This document shows positions 25,728 through 39,474 of a DNA stretch of 64,000 nt, piece by piece. The notes below the pieces were generated by a model that saw nothing but the letters and a program-made list of their open reading frames with translations, had not been told where the DNA came from and made no database searches. Position 1 is the stretch's first letter; every line of letters begins with the position of its first letter. Source of the DNA: Octopus vulgaris. Taxonomy: Eukaryota. Location of the stretch: positions 73,036,001 to 73,100,000 of the forward strand of contig OX597817.1 in the NCBI GenBank assembly GCA_951406725.2, written 5' to 3'. The position numbers and the translations under genes are program-made.

Positions 25728-25762
25728 CAATATTGTATGTATGTGTATGTATGCATATCTGT

Positions 25763-26593
25763 CTATCATCATCATCGTTTAATGTCTGCTTTCCATGCTA
25801 GCATGGGTTGGACGATTTGACTAAGGACTGGTGAACCAAATGGCTGCACCAGGCTCCAATCTGATCTGGCAGAGTTTCTACAGCTGGATGCCCTTCCTAA
25901 CGCCAATCACCCCGAGAGTGTAGTGGTTGCTTTTTACGTGTCACTGGCACAAGAGCCAGCCAGGCAGTACTGGCAAAGGTCACGGTCAAATGGTGTTTTT
26001 TATGTGTCACCTGCACAGGAACCAGTCGAGCGGTACTGGCAACGACCTCAGTCAAATGATGATGATGATATATATATACACACATATGTACGCTGGTATG
26101 GTATGAGAAAGGATGAGGATAGCTGTGTGAAAATGTGCCACACCATAGCAGCTGGGGGAACCTGTGGAAGAGGTAGACCCAGGAAGACCTGGCATGAGGT
26201 GGTGAAGCATGACCTTCGAACATTAGGCCTCACCATGGCAATGGCTAGTGACCTAGACTTTGGAAATATGCTGTGCTTAAGAGACCATAACCTCGTGACC
26301 TATGCCAGGGGTGCAACCAGCCCACTTATGTGTACCTTTCCTTCATTGGACACTAAATTCTGCTAGCGAAGACCTGTTGAGGCAAGTGAAATCGAAATCA
26401 AATTCGATGACCGTGCTAGTGGAGCGCTAAACGCACGATCCGAGCTTGATCGTTGCCAGAGCAGCTTACTGGCTTCCGTGCCGGCGGCACATAATAAGCA
26501 CCGTTCGAGCGTGATCGTTACCAGTGTCGCCTAACTGGCACTCGTACTGGTGGCACAAGAAAAAAAAACATTTGACTGAGGTCGTTGCCAGTA
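25763..26593 (-). mobile_element. RTE-clade LINE insertion with inverted 5' segment and 17-bp TSD
   Basis: (CAT)n tail and 3' UTR on the minus strand at 25763-26058. ORF end (RWYG..GRGRPRKTW.EVV.HDL..LGL) and 3' UTR repeats on the plus strand at 26090-26593. TATGTATGCATATCTGT flanks both sides (25746-62, 26594-610). Confidence 0.8.
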
Positions 26594-26602
26594 TATGTAT
26601 GC

Positions 26603-27034
26603 ATATCTGTTGATATCTATATATATGTATGTATGTATGCATGTATATATATATGTTGATATATGTATGTATGTATATATATCTGTTGATATATATATGT
26701 ATGTATGTATATATATATCTGTTGATATATATATGTATGTATGTATATATATATCTGTTGATATATGTATGTATATATATATCTGTTGATATATGTATGT
26801 ATATATATATCTGTTGATATATGTATGTATATATATATCTGTTGATATATGTATGTATATATATATCTGTTGATATATGTATGTATGTATATATCTGTTG
26901 ATATATGTATGTATGTATATATATATCTGTTGATATATGTATGTATATATATATATATCTGTTGATATATATATGTATATATGTATGTATATATATCTGT
27001 TGATATATATATATATGTATGTATATATATCTGT

Positions 27035-27076
<42 letters not shown>

Positions 27077-27410
27077 ATCTGTTGATATATATATATGTAT
27101 GTATATCTGTTGATATATATATATATGTATGTATATCTGTTGATATATATATATGTATGTATATCTGTTGATATATATATATGTATGTATATCTGTTGAT
27201 ATATATATATGTATGTATATCTGTTGATATATATATATATATATGTATGTATATCTGTTGATATATATATATGTATGTATATCTGTTGATATATATATAT
27301 GTATGTATATCTGTTGATATATATATATGTATGTATATCTGTTGATATATATATATATGTATGTATATCCGTTGATATATATATGTATGTATGCATATCC
27401 GTTGATATAT
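26603..27410. repeat. Minisatellite, ~26 units of ATATCTGTTGATAT separated by variable (TA)n/TATG
   Basis: Directly visible. Followed by a (TG/TA/GCAT) array to about 27700. Confidence 0.95.
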
Positions 27411-27523
27411 ATGTGTGTGTGTATGCATATATATATATGTGTGTATATGTATATATATGTGTGTTTGTATGCATATATATATGCATATATATGTATGTGT
27501 GTATATATATGTGTGTGTATGCA

Positions 27524-27558
<35 letters not shown>

Positions 27559-27884
27559 ATATATATGTGTGTGTATGCATATATATATATATATATGTAT
27601 GTGTGTGTATATATATGTGTGTGTATGCATATATATATATATGCATATATTATGTGTGTATATATATATGCATGTGTGTATATATATGCATTTGTATATA
27701 CCTTTGTCAGACAATTGTCATCACAGCTATCCAAGGAGCGGAAACTCTGAGTAACAGTTTTGTGATAATTCTGCTGCTCTAATAAAAATCCTATTATTCT
27801 ACCTTTGGTTTTCGACCACTTTTTTTTCCACCTTGTTCTCCATTAATGTGTTCCCCTGTGTGTGCATGCGTGCGTGCGTGTGTG

Positions 27885-27925
<41 letters not shown>

Positions 27926-28606
27926 TTAAATTATATCAAATTTTTCTTTTCATATTATTGTTAATCACTATTTTTTTTTTTTTTTTTGTGAATGTCATTT
28001 AGTGATTGGTGTCTTATTCTTTTCCCAATGTATACATTTGATCCTATCTGCAGTTCTGTTTTCTGCACTTTCACATTTCATATACTCTATTCTTTATTTA
28101 TTTATCCTCAATATGTATCTTGCACCATGCGTATTTTGGCTAGGGTCTGAAGGCAAAACCAGAAAAGTTCATTTTCCCATCTATTTTATCTATCTCATAA
28201 ACCCTTTAGAGAGTTGAGGATTTGAAATCTGAGAGTCCTATAGCATTTCATCTGAAAAATACATTTGCAATTTTGTTTGTTCGCATGTATGTTAGCTTGT
28301 TAATATTAAATAAATAGGCACACAGTGTTGTTGCAGCTTAGCACCAAATCAGGCCTCATCCATTAGTTGTATGAGCAAAAGCATTAATCAAGAAATTGCC
28401 CAATATGTCGTTATTTTATTTATTTTTTTTAATAATATGATAGTATAATTTGAAAGATCTGCTATTTCTAGGTCTGGCATGTAGAAGCTCTCTCTTATTA
28501 ATACAGAGTTAAATCTGATTTCTATGAGTGTGTGTGTATGTGTTTGTATGTATGTGTATATATATATATCTATCTACATCCATCTATCTATATATCTATC
28601 TATCTA

Positions 28607-28643
<37 letters not shown>

Positions 28644-29499
28644 CTTAGGCATAATAACCTGATGTGTGTGTGTCTGTATCAAAATCATTCTGAATTGAAT
28701 TTTCAGAAAACCATTGTTTCCATCTGTTTATCCCCAATTTTTTTTTAACTGTTTGTTTAGTCTAATTCATATGTTTTATAAATTTCAAAATTCATGCTTG
28801 TTTAATTTCAATAGCTAGCAGATATAACACACACACACACACACACAATGTACACATAAATGCCTGGTAGAAAATATTTTTAGAAATTCATTTACTGTTT
28901 TGAATATTGATATGTAATAATTTTGAACTGAAGTTTTAATACAACTATCCTTGTTTGGTGTACTGTCACATACTCATGCATATATACATGTACACATGTA
29001 TATATCTGTATATATATATATGTGTGCATATGAAATATATACACACCACTCACATACACACACAGTTGATTGGAATAATCAGTAGAGCAATAGGCAAAGT
29101 GTTTTGTGTTTTGTATTATTGAATCAAGATCCTACTGAAACAGACTTTACTGTTTTGTCTTCCGAAGTATACGCAATAACTAGTTAATGAACAAATAAAT
29201 ACTGGGCTTAATACAATCAACTCTTGAAGGTGGAACCCTATCCTGGCTACACTCCAAATTAACTTAAACTAATTGGATAACCGTTATGTTTACAAACTAC
29301 ACTGTGATGGATTGGAGTGGAGTACACACTACCTTAAATAGGGTGTATAATTGATCCATTGGAAACCCGAAACTCAATAATACCATACCAGTTTAGGCTT
29401 TTAATAATTTCGTTTTTTTTTTTCTTCTATTTTTATTTCTGCATGCATAATTTTCCTTTTTTTCTTTTTTTTTTCTGTTTCCCGAATTAATATTTTATC

Positions 29500-29820
29500 A
29501 CGGGCTTGGATGTGTGGTTAAGAAGCTTACTTCTCACCCATGTGGGTTTGACTTGTGAGTGGATTTGGTAGACACAAACCGAAAAAAGTCCATCATGTGT
29601 GTGTGTGTGCAGTGTGTTTTTGTGTTGTGTTTTTTGCCATCATTTGACAGCCATTGTTTGTTTATGTCCCTGTAACCCAGCAGTTCAGCAGAAGCGACTG
29701 ATAGAATAAGTACCAGGCTTTAAAAAATAAGTGTTGGGGGTCTATTTGTTTGACTGAACCCATCAAGGCAGTGCCCCGTTATGGCCACAGTTCTGTCACC
29801 GAAAACTAGTGAAGATAGAA
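29500..29820 (+). mobile_element. tRNA-derived CORE-like SINE (family 1), internally deleted
   Basis: Head TGTGTGGTTAAGAAGCTT and 3' GATAGAATAAGTACCAGGCTT. Confidence 0.75.
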
Positions 29821-30181
29821 GATCCCTGCTTCCACTTCCCAGTTTTTATTTTATACTGAAGCAGCAAAAAAGTGAAACGAAATGAAACAAAGGAAGAAAT
29901 CGTTATAATCTGTAAACATAGATTAGATTTGTTGATGTTTATTTACTTTTACTCTGTCTTCTGCCCTTTTTGTATTTTTGTATCATTTTAATATTTACCT
30001 ATCAGAAACTATTTAAAATAAGTGTCTTTGTTGGGGCTGGAAGGTAAGAAAGAGGCAAAATTATAAACTGAGTTACAGCTTGCTTTTAATTTTTTAATTT
30101 TTTTTACTTTGTTCATTATGTTTTGTTTGTTCAGTTATATATTTATTTATCTCTATGATTTCATCCTTGTTACAACATTAG

Positions 30182-30534
30182 TTGTGGTGGTGGTAGTAGT
30201 AGTAGTAGTAGCCTAGCTTGATGCATGCAGGTCACCCATGTAGCCATCCATCCTTTCAGTCTACCGGCTGCAGTAAGAGTTGCTGCTATATCGCAAGCAT
30301 TATCATCACACTTCTCTCGGTCCTTACGACCAAACAGCAGCACCACTGCTACTGCTACCATCACCCACTTCACTCCCCCTCCCGCCCTTCTTTTTTCACC
30401 CCCCAGGCTATTACCCCTCCTCCTCCTCACCCTTGTACAAGAGGAAGGAGGATTCTAATATTGAGTAAAGAATGTCTGCTTTGAATGAAAGTTTTGAATG
30501 TTGGTCTTCATACTGGGATGTAGGCTGAATACAG
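30182..30534 (+). other. Putative exon (UTR/non-coding or low-complexity)
   Basis: T-rich tract plus ATTAG acceptor, strong donor CAG|GTCAGT, and a GC-richer non-repeat interior with trinucleotide runs. No frame is open end to end. Confidence 0.35.
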
Positions 30535-32672
30535 GTCAGTAGGCCTCTTCTGGAGAGAAATAAGGGTTTGTCTATTACCAACACCACCCTTCATGTACAC
30601 ACACACACACACACGTTTGTGTGGGTGGGGAATGACAAATTTATCAAGGTCCTTTATATAAATATAAACCTATGAAGTGATGATAATATGATTTCCTTAT
30701 TAGGTGTGAAGCCTGAATATTACAGGAGATGAAGCTGGGGAATGGGAAGTTATGATTATGATTTTTTGCCTGGTTTAAAAAGTTTACTCACTCAGTCAGG
30801 ATTTGAAACCGAAACCCAAGTTTGACTAACAAACACATCTTTATTAAACAAGTTATAAGATATGATTTTTTTTTTTAAGAAAGGGAAGAAGTTATAATGT
30901 TTGACATTTCTTAAATAAAGGGTCCCGACTGGAACTAAGTTGCTCTACAAGAAATTTACCTTCTTTATTCTAATGCAACTCTTATAATAATAGCATTTCC
31001 TAACATGGGCATAAGACCACAGGGAGGGTATAATCAGTTCAATAAAACTTGACTGCTGCTTATTTTATCAACCCCATAAGGATGAAAAGTAATCCCTAAG
31101 GATTTAAATTCAAAACCCTAGAGCCATACCTAATTACCATAAGGCATTTTACAACAAGAATGATTTCTAATACAAGCATGAGTTTTCACAAATTTGGGAT
31201 GGGGTGTAGTTATTATATTAACCCTAGTACTTGACTGCTGTTTATTTTATCAAACTGCAGATGGATGAAAGGGAAAGTTGACTGCAGGAGGAATTAGTTT
31301 GCATGTGTAACAAATATAACAGATATGTTCAGTTTCAGCTGAGTGCTTGCTAACAGAGAATCTAACTCTCCATTGCTCCTTTATGACCATGTTTCACTTT
31401 GATTAGATCATAATTTCCCAGTCACTTTTGTTTTATTAATGGTGTTGTTATTTAGCTCCAGGTAAAAATCTTGATATAGCAGACATGTAATCAAAGGCTA
31501 TTCCAGCTACATCCATACACTCTTTTCTTTTGGACATATGTTTACCCTAACTAATGCTATTTTTAATATTTTGTAATCAATATATGAAAAAAATCTTGCA
31601 TTGTGAACTGAATGTCTAATAAGCATAATTATTAATTACTATACATTATTTGAGCAACTATTTGTGTCTGTACGAATGTACTTGATGTGCTTGTTACAAA
31701 ACATTTGTGCATGCACATGGCACACAAACCTTTAGGATGACGGTGAGCCAGACCATCTTTTTATAAGTCACTAAGATGAAGTTAGATTTGGCTCTGGATC
31801 CTACATTAAATAGGTAGTATTTTATAATAAATAATAATGATGATGGATTTCGGGGTATAGTTGATTTCAGTTCACCAAAATACTTGATTTTTTACTTATT
31901 TTTATCAGTCTCACAACTATGAAAGGCAATCAGCCTTGGAAAGAACAATACATGGTATTTTGTTCAACACTCTATAGATTCATCTATCTCCATCCATATT
32001 ATGTCTTTCCTTAGAGAATGGACTGTGGGCATGCCGGGGCACTGCTTTTAAAGGTTTTAATCGATTATAGTGAATGGATGTTACCTTTTTATGCATATGA
32101 ATGCTGTTTGACCAAACTATTTTTATCTCTGGTATACACATGCACATATATACACACACACTCTCACACCTGCACATGAGACGTTACTACACAACTTCTA
32201 TCTATCAAATTCCACTTAAAAATACAGCAGAAGGTACTTTTGCCAAAGGTGCCCCTCATTGATGTAGAACCTATTATCATGTAATTCCAACGTGAGTTTA
32301 ACTGTACAACTATCTACAGAAGAATATTTTAATCGATTGCAAAAAGTTAACAGCTGTATATTCATACATTTAGTATCACAAATAAGTAAAGTAAAAGGTG
32401 GCACATATGTGTGTGTATGTATTTCACTTTTTAACTCTGAAATCCTATATTCATATTTACTTATCTCGTTATTTGGGATGGGATTACAGTTGGAAAGACA
32501 AAATACATGACAGTATTCCACCAGTTCATATTTCATTCATTAGCCTTATTGTAAATAAAGGTTTAAATTAATATCTTCTACATTTCACTGCAACTTTTTC
32601 TTTTTCTAAAAACAAATACACGAGAAGTAACTAATTTAGAGTGAATGTCTAACAATATATTTCATGTAGATA

Positions 32673-32884
32673 AGGTGATGAGCTGGTAGAAATGTTAGCA
32701 TGCCTGGCAAAATGCTTAGCGGTATTTCATCTGTCTTCACATTCTGAGTTCAAATTCCGTTGAAATTAACTTTGCCTTTTATGATTTTGGGTCGATAAAT
32801 TAAGTGCCAGTAGCATACAGGGGTCGATCTAATTGACTGGCTCCCTCCCCCAAAATTTCGGGCCTTGTGCCTAGAGTAGAAAAG
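32673..32884 (+). mobile_element. Full-length family-2 tRNA SINE (Meta-domain-like) with 19-bp TSD
   Basis: Head GGTGATGAGCTGGTAGAA..GAGTTCAAATTCC and core TTTGCCTTT..GGGTCGATAAATTAAG. TSD AATATATTTCATGTAGATA at 32654-72 and 32885-903. Confidence 0.9.
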
Positions 32885-32950
32885 AATATATTTCATGTAG
32901 ATACATATCTTACACACGTACACAGTATATACTAAAAAAATATATATATA

Positions 32951-33112
32951 GACACGGGCGTGGCTGTGTGGTAAGAAGCTTGCTTCCCAGTCATATGGTT
33001 CCAGGTTCAGTCCCACTGCATAGCACCTTGGGCAAGTGTCTTCTATAGCCTCAGGCTGACCAAAGCCTTGTGAGTGGATTTGATAAACAGAAACTGAAAG
33101 AAGCCCGTCGTG
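32951..33112 (+). mobile_element. Family-1 SINE, 5' half
   Basis: GTGGCTGTGTGGTAAGAAGCTTGC..ACCTTGGGCAAGTGTCTT..GAAGCCCGTCG. Confidence 0.85.
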
Positions 33113-33231
33113 TATGTATATATATGTATAATATAATATATATGTATGTATGTATGTATGTAATAGCTTTGTGTGTGTATATATATATATATATGTAATA
33201 GCTTTGTGTGTGTGTATGTATGTAATAGCTT

Positions 33232-33275
<44 letters not shown>

Positions 33276-35029
33276 GCTTGTACATGTATCATTTTTTTTT
33301 ATTCCATTCATTTCTTTGTAAATTCCAAATTTCATTTAACTGAATTTAAAAGGAAATTTGCAACTTTATATAACAAAATATGTAACAAAAAAACAAAGAA
33401 AGATCTTTTAATTCTCACACATAAATATGAACGAAGGATGCCTGAAGTATGTATATAATATCTGTCATTACATATTCATATACATAGTAATATTCATATA
33501 TAAAGTGTTTGGAAATGTATTCAATATTTGTCATTTATTATTCATATGCACATTAACATATAATATAAATATAGTATGGATAACAATGTATACCTGCCTG
33601 TGCGCGTATGTTTCCTCTAATGTGACCAACTTGCAAATGTTCCAGGCATGTAAATATTTTTTCATGTAAATAGAATATTTAAAAAAAATTTTGCATTATA
33701 TTTAAAAGCAAAAAAAATAAATAAAGACTCTACGCATTTCAAGATATGTTGATATTATTTACAACTCTACAAAGAGCATGACTAAGATTTTATATATCTT
33801 TTAGTTTTTAGTTTAAAATTTTCATTGCTGTCATGTTAGGTTTACTTGTAATTTAGCCTGATAAAATTATTATTCATTTAATTTGTTTCCTTCACTGTAC
33901 TGCAGCTTTACTGGGATACTACTGTTAAGAGGTCGGTCAACATTGTTGACTCCAGTACTTATTCAACAAGTTACTTTGACTTCTAGTTGTCAGACCATAC
34001 ACATGGGTATCCATATGGTGTGTTTATGTATGTATATGTGTGTGTGTGAGAGTATCCAGTCATAGCAACCATGCCAAAGTAGACATCGGAGATTAACACA
34101 GTCCTCCAGCTCACTGGATCTTGTTGAACCATGCCACTGCCTGTGCCAGCATGGAAGATGACCATTAAATGATAGTGATGATGATATAAATAACTGCATA
34201 CATGTGCATATACATACACATGCATACAGTTTCTATTGACCAACTTTCTCATTATTGGTCACCCCAAGGGTGTAGCAGAATTCACCTATTTACCCCATCC
34301 CCACAAGTTGGTACATAGTGGGACCAGACTTGAAGTTATTAGTTGTAAAGCAAACTTCTCAACCGTCACTAATGTCAGTTTTAAAATAAAGTAGATCTGC
34401 AGAATCATCAAAGCAACAAAATTTAGTCACATTGCTTTACGTTCAGAGTTTGAACCTACCAGGATTGTTTTTGTTTTTCATCTTTACAGGGTTTATAAAT
34501 CAAGTATCAGATTGATTTAATAGATTTTAACCGGTCCTTAAACTTGTAGCATGGTAGAAATCATTAAGCCATTGTGATACCCTTTCCACTTTTAGAAAAA
34601 AAGCTATGTAGTTGAGATAATCTTTATTTCTTGTTTTCCTTTAAAAAGAGCTTTAAATTTTATCAATATTCTCTCATCGGTATTAAAAAAGAAAATCTAC
34701 TCAATACCTTATAAATGGTGCACTCCAGTGATTGTATTAGTACCTTAGCTTAAAACCATTTTATTCATTTATTACCTAGTTTTTACTGAGCCTTTAATTT
34801 TAAAAAAAAATGTGATTATTTTAATATTTTTAAATTATAATTTTGAAATATATTCCTATGAATTAATTTCTTTTTCAATATATTTCACACACACATGTAT
34901 GTCTGTGTATGTATCTTATATATTCATTGTGTACAACCTTTCGACTTTTGTGGTTTTTTCCTGTTAATGTTGAGTTGCTTAATGTAGTTGTTTATGAAGC
35001 AACTGTAAACTATATCTTTCTATACCTCT

Positions 35030-35265
35030 ATTCTGACCATGTTTTAATGAAATCCACTGCCTGTGTTTGAATTCATTTTGTATAAGAGCTTAAGGATTTT
35101 GTAAAATGATGTTTTCAATATTAATATGGTATGTGGATAATGACATAATGAAGCGGTTCTTTCTTAAACTCATGTTGAAAGTTATTAATTTAAACATGAA
35201 CACTTTAAAATTGGTTATATATAATGGAAATGCTCAATCTCGGGTGGTTTGGTATCATTAGGATA
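35030..35265 (-). mobile_element. Old family-B MITE copy
   Basis: Degenerate reverse-complement match to both ends of 7692-7852. Confidence 0.4.
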
Positions 35266-37017
35266 AAACCGGGGTTGTTTTTGTTGGTTGCAGTTAGTAA
35301 GCACTGAGGTAGTAGGAATTAACCTTGTATTGCATAAATCCATCAGTATGTGCTAGTTCGTTAAAAATTACAAAAACAAAAAAAACAAAACAAAGGGTGG
35401 TGGTGGTAATAATAGTAGTAGCATTAACTTTCTTGTAGCAGCTGACTTGCAATATCATTGCAACTGACTGTCATTTTAGGCCCCTAACCCTATAAGCTAA
35501 TACAATGGAAATTACAGTGTCAAGAAAAGGAGGGTAAAGCTACAGCTACAACCTCTTCCATGTCATTTACTTTATTTATTTGGCTTTATGTATTTTGTCC
35601 TTACTCCTGTTGAAATATTCTGGGTTTCATTTTGGTTTTGGGAAAAGAACTCGGAGTCATTTTTTAATATTTGTAATGGAAGTGTAGTTAATAAGTTATT
35701 CGTGATTAATGTGGTTTCTCTCTTGTTATTTCTGTCTCATTAGTTCATTTGTTTACATGCCCAGTACATCATAAAATGCATTGTGTATGTGTTGTGTGTT
35801 TAAAGTGTATGCACTCTTAGCTGGCTAAAGATTTCCTAGTCTGATAGAAAACCTCCATATAAAATATATACAAATGAATAAAATAAATAAGTTAATAAAT
35901 ATACATAATATCAACAGAAAATTCTCAAATAATTCATATGTTTCCATGAATAGAAATAAATGTTAACATTTCCTTTTATGTTAAATATTCTTAATTTAAG
36001 TTTTTACCATTTTATAGTTAAATTTATTTTAAAAAGCTACTTCCTAAATGGTAATTTAAAGGAACTGAGAAAATTTTCTTCTGATAGGAACATTTTTTTT
36101 TTTTCAACTAGTTAAGCTTTCTATATTTTCTATATTTCTTTTTTTTTCTTTATTGCAGCCAAATATTGCAAGGTTTATGATTTGTGTTTATAATCAATCT
36201 ATAAACAATTTTTTTTTTTTATATTAAAACATTTTTATAGATTATAAATGATTTTTTAATGTTTATTTTTATCTATATTCTTGTTCAATTTATTAATAAC
36301 CAAACATCAGAGAAAATTCAACAGTTTCTACTACTTAGGTTTATTTTCATATTTTTATCTCCTCTTTATATATTAGCTAAATGATAATGATAATAATAAA
36401 AGTTAATAATGATGATAATAAAAGATTGTAAAAATGCAATTAGTTTGAAGAGAAAATCAAATAAAATAGTGTTCATGTCAGCTTCCTGAGGAATAAAGAT
36501 TTTACTTGGAAGTTATGTGTTGTTAAAGGAAGCAAATTAGGTTTAAGGCTTAATTCTCCCTCCCAATTTTTATTTTAAACAAAAAAGCAAAAACTGAAAA
36601 ATATTACTTTTTGGATAAATTTAAATCACTAAATCTTTTGTGGATGCTATCTTAAATAGATATTTACGAGCATATTTTTTTTCATTTGTAAAGATCTATA
36701 TATTTTAAACATGTCATCAGTTTAAACTCCACCAAATTTGGTTTCGTTTATATTTACATATTGAATTTTATGTTTACATAATCTGAATATATTATACCAT
36801 TGTTTTTAAGCTGGAACTTTGTTTAAAGTAATCTAATTGGATCCATTATAAAATATGCTTTCAGCTTTATTATACTTTAAAAATTTGGTTTTAGTTTTTT
36901 GGCTCATTTATACATTTTATTTGCAAGCTAACTAAATCACTCTTGTCTTGCCAGTAGTTTAGTCGCAGTTTTTTGTTACGATTGTGCTATGGAGTGGTGG
37001 TGTGACACCTTGAATAC

Positions 37018-37214
37018 TTATTTCTTTATTACCCATAGGGGGCTAAACACAGAGGGAACAAACAAGGACAGATATAGGTATTAAGTCGATTACATCGACC
37101 CCAGTGCGTAACTGGTACTTAATTTATCGACCCCGAAAGGATGAAAGGCAAAGTCGACCTCGGCGGAATTTGAACTCACAACGTAACGCAGAGGAAATAC
37201 CGCTAAGCATTTCG
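37018..37214 (-). mobile_element. Young 5'-truncated family-2 SINE with 9-bp TSD
   Basis: CpG-intact copy. TSD CTTGAATAC at 37009-17 and 37215-23. Confidence 0.9.
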
Positions 37215-38977
37215 CTTGAATACCTGGCTTTATTTAGTTGTGTATCAGTGCTCTGATCAAAATTTTGTTGGTTATGAGTTTTATCCTTTCAAGGGCAATA
37301 AAATACATGCTAGTATAATAATGATTGATATAAGTGGATATCCATTATAACAGCCATGGGCAAGGCAGAGAGCTAGCACACCGGACAAAATTTTTTGTGG
37401 CATTTAGTCTGTCTTTACATTCTGAGTTCAGCTTTGCTTTTCATTCTTTCAGGGTTTATAAAATATGTACCAGTTGAGTACTGGGTTTGAGGAAATTGAC
37501 TAGTAGCTTTCTTCTCACCAAATTTCAGGCTTTGTGTCTATAGTAGAAAGGTTATTACAAAGGCTGTGGTTAGCTTCTTTTTTGTTTTTTTATTGCTTTT
37601 ATTTTTAAAAAATCATTTTATTATATAGAAGATGAGATATGTATAAAATTAAAATCTTGGAATATATACAAAGCAATATCATTTATAATAGTGCTTGATA
37701 TTTTATCACCAGAAGCCCGTCATATATATATGTGTGTCTGTTCCCCATCATTGCTTGACAACCGGTGCAGGTGTGTTTACATTCCCATACCTTAGCAGTT
37801 TGGCAAAAGAGACTAAAAGAATATTCAAAAAATAGGTGCTCGGGTCAATATATTCAACTAAAAATTAATCATGGTGGTGCTCCAATATGGTCACACTCTA
37901 ATGACTGAAACAAGTACAAAAGAAAGAAAAAAAAAGATAGGTAGTTGGTTTTATATAACTTGGATGCTTTTGGAAACATTTTCAGTGTGGATTCATTCAT
38001 TCATGTAGCAAGCATTCAGTATTTCGTGTGAGTGATAGTTTTGATCAAATGATCAAGAAGACTATACATTTCAAATAAGAACTAAATACATTTAAAATAT
38101 TTTGTAAAAATTTAATCTTGATCCAGACCTTATAGCTAACTGCCTGGGGGAAATAATTATCTAGCTGTGAGGCCTGAACCAATATTATATAAATATACAC
38201 AGATAGATATATTCTTATATACATTTCAGCCCTAAGGTTGTGGCCATGCTGGAGTACCAAGACAGATATATATATCTTTACACACAAATTTGTAAAGTAT
38301 ACATGTTGGCAACAAAGCCTAAATTCAATTTTTTTTTTTGTTATAGATTATTGTTATTTTCTTTTTGGTTGATTATTTAAAAGGAATTATTCCTAAATCA
38401 GTCCTTTTTTTTTTCTTATCTTTCTAATTTTGTAAAACATGAAAATAATTTTTGGTGTGTCTTTTTTTTTTTTTTTTTGTGGTTTCCTCTCATATTAACT
38501 AAGTTTTGAATAGAATATAAATGTTTCTCTAAAATAACTACTTTTATTTTTGCTCTCCACAAAATTTTCATTATGAGAAAAATTTATCAACCTAATTCTT
38601 TAAAAAACATTCTAGATATGATAAAATGGCACAACTGCTAATCTAATCTATGAATGTGTTTTTAGTTGTGCAGTATGTTAATAGTTGTTGTTCATTTCCA
38701 GGTCACTTCTTTATGAGCAGACTCTATAACTGCTTTAATCTTTGACTTGGCTATTCATCTCTCTTTGTTTTTTTTATATAATTAAAACATTTTTGTAATT
38801 AGAAGTTTTTGTTTTTACTCATGTCATATGGTAGAACATTATCAAATCCATCCTTCCTTTATTGAGACTGCATGTATGATTGACAGTGATTTAGCTGCTG
38901 TTTCTGACAAATTGAATAACTAGGTAGAGGCTCTGTATTGACTTGATATTAAGGGAGTGTGTGTGTGTGTGTATTTT

Positions 38978-39018
<41 letters not shown>

Positions 39019-39081
39019 GTGTGTGTGTATGATTATGGTGCCCCAGTATGGCCACAGCCATGTAAATAAATAAAAGAATAT

Positions 39082-39474
39082 GAGGAGTGGCTGTGTGGTA
39101 AGTAGCTTGCTTATCAACTACATGGTTCTGGGTTCATTCCCACTGCATGGCACCTTGGGCAAGTGTCTTCTACTATAGCCTCGGGTCGACCAAAGCCTTG
39201 TCAGTGGATTTGGTAGACGGAAACTGAAAGAAGCCCATCATATATATGTATACATATATGTGTGTGTATATGTTAGTGTGTCTGTGTTTGTCCTCCCAAC
39301 ATCGCTTGACAACTGATGGTGTGTGTTTAAGACCCGTCACTTAGCGGTTCGGCAAATGAGACCAATAGAATAAGTACTAGGCTTACAAAGAATAAGTCCT
39401 GGGGTCGATTTGCTCAACTAAAGGCAGTGCTCCAGCATAGCCACAGTCAATTGACTGAAGCAAGTAAAAGAGTA
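39082..39474 (+). mobile_element. Full-length family-1 CORE-like SINE
   Basis: Best-preserved family-1 copy: A/B box head, ACCTTGGGCAAGT core, central microsatellite and 3' tail. Confidence 0.9.

Noticed and set aside
26603-27410. CRISPR-like regularly spaced palindromic repeat
   Set aside because: The spacers are only TA/TATG microsatellite, the repeat is 14 bp, the context is eukaryotic and there are no cas genes.
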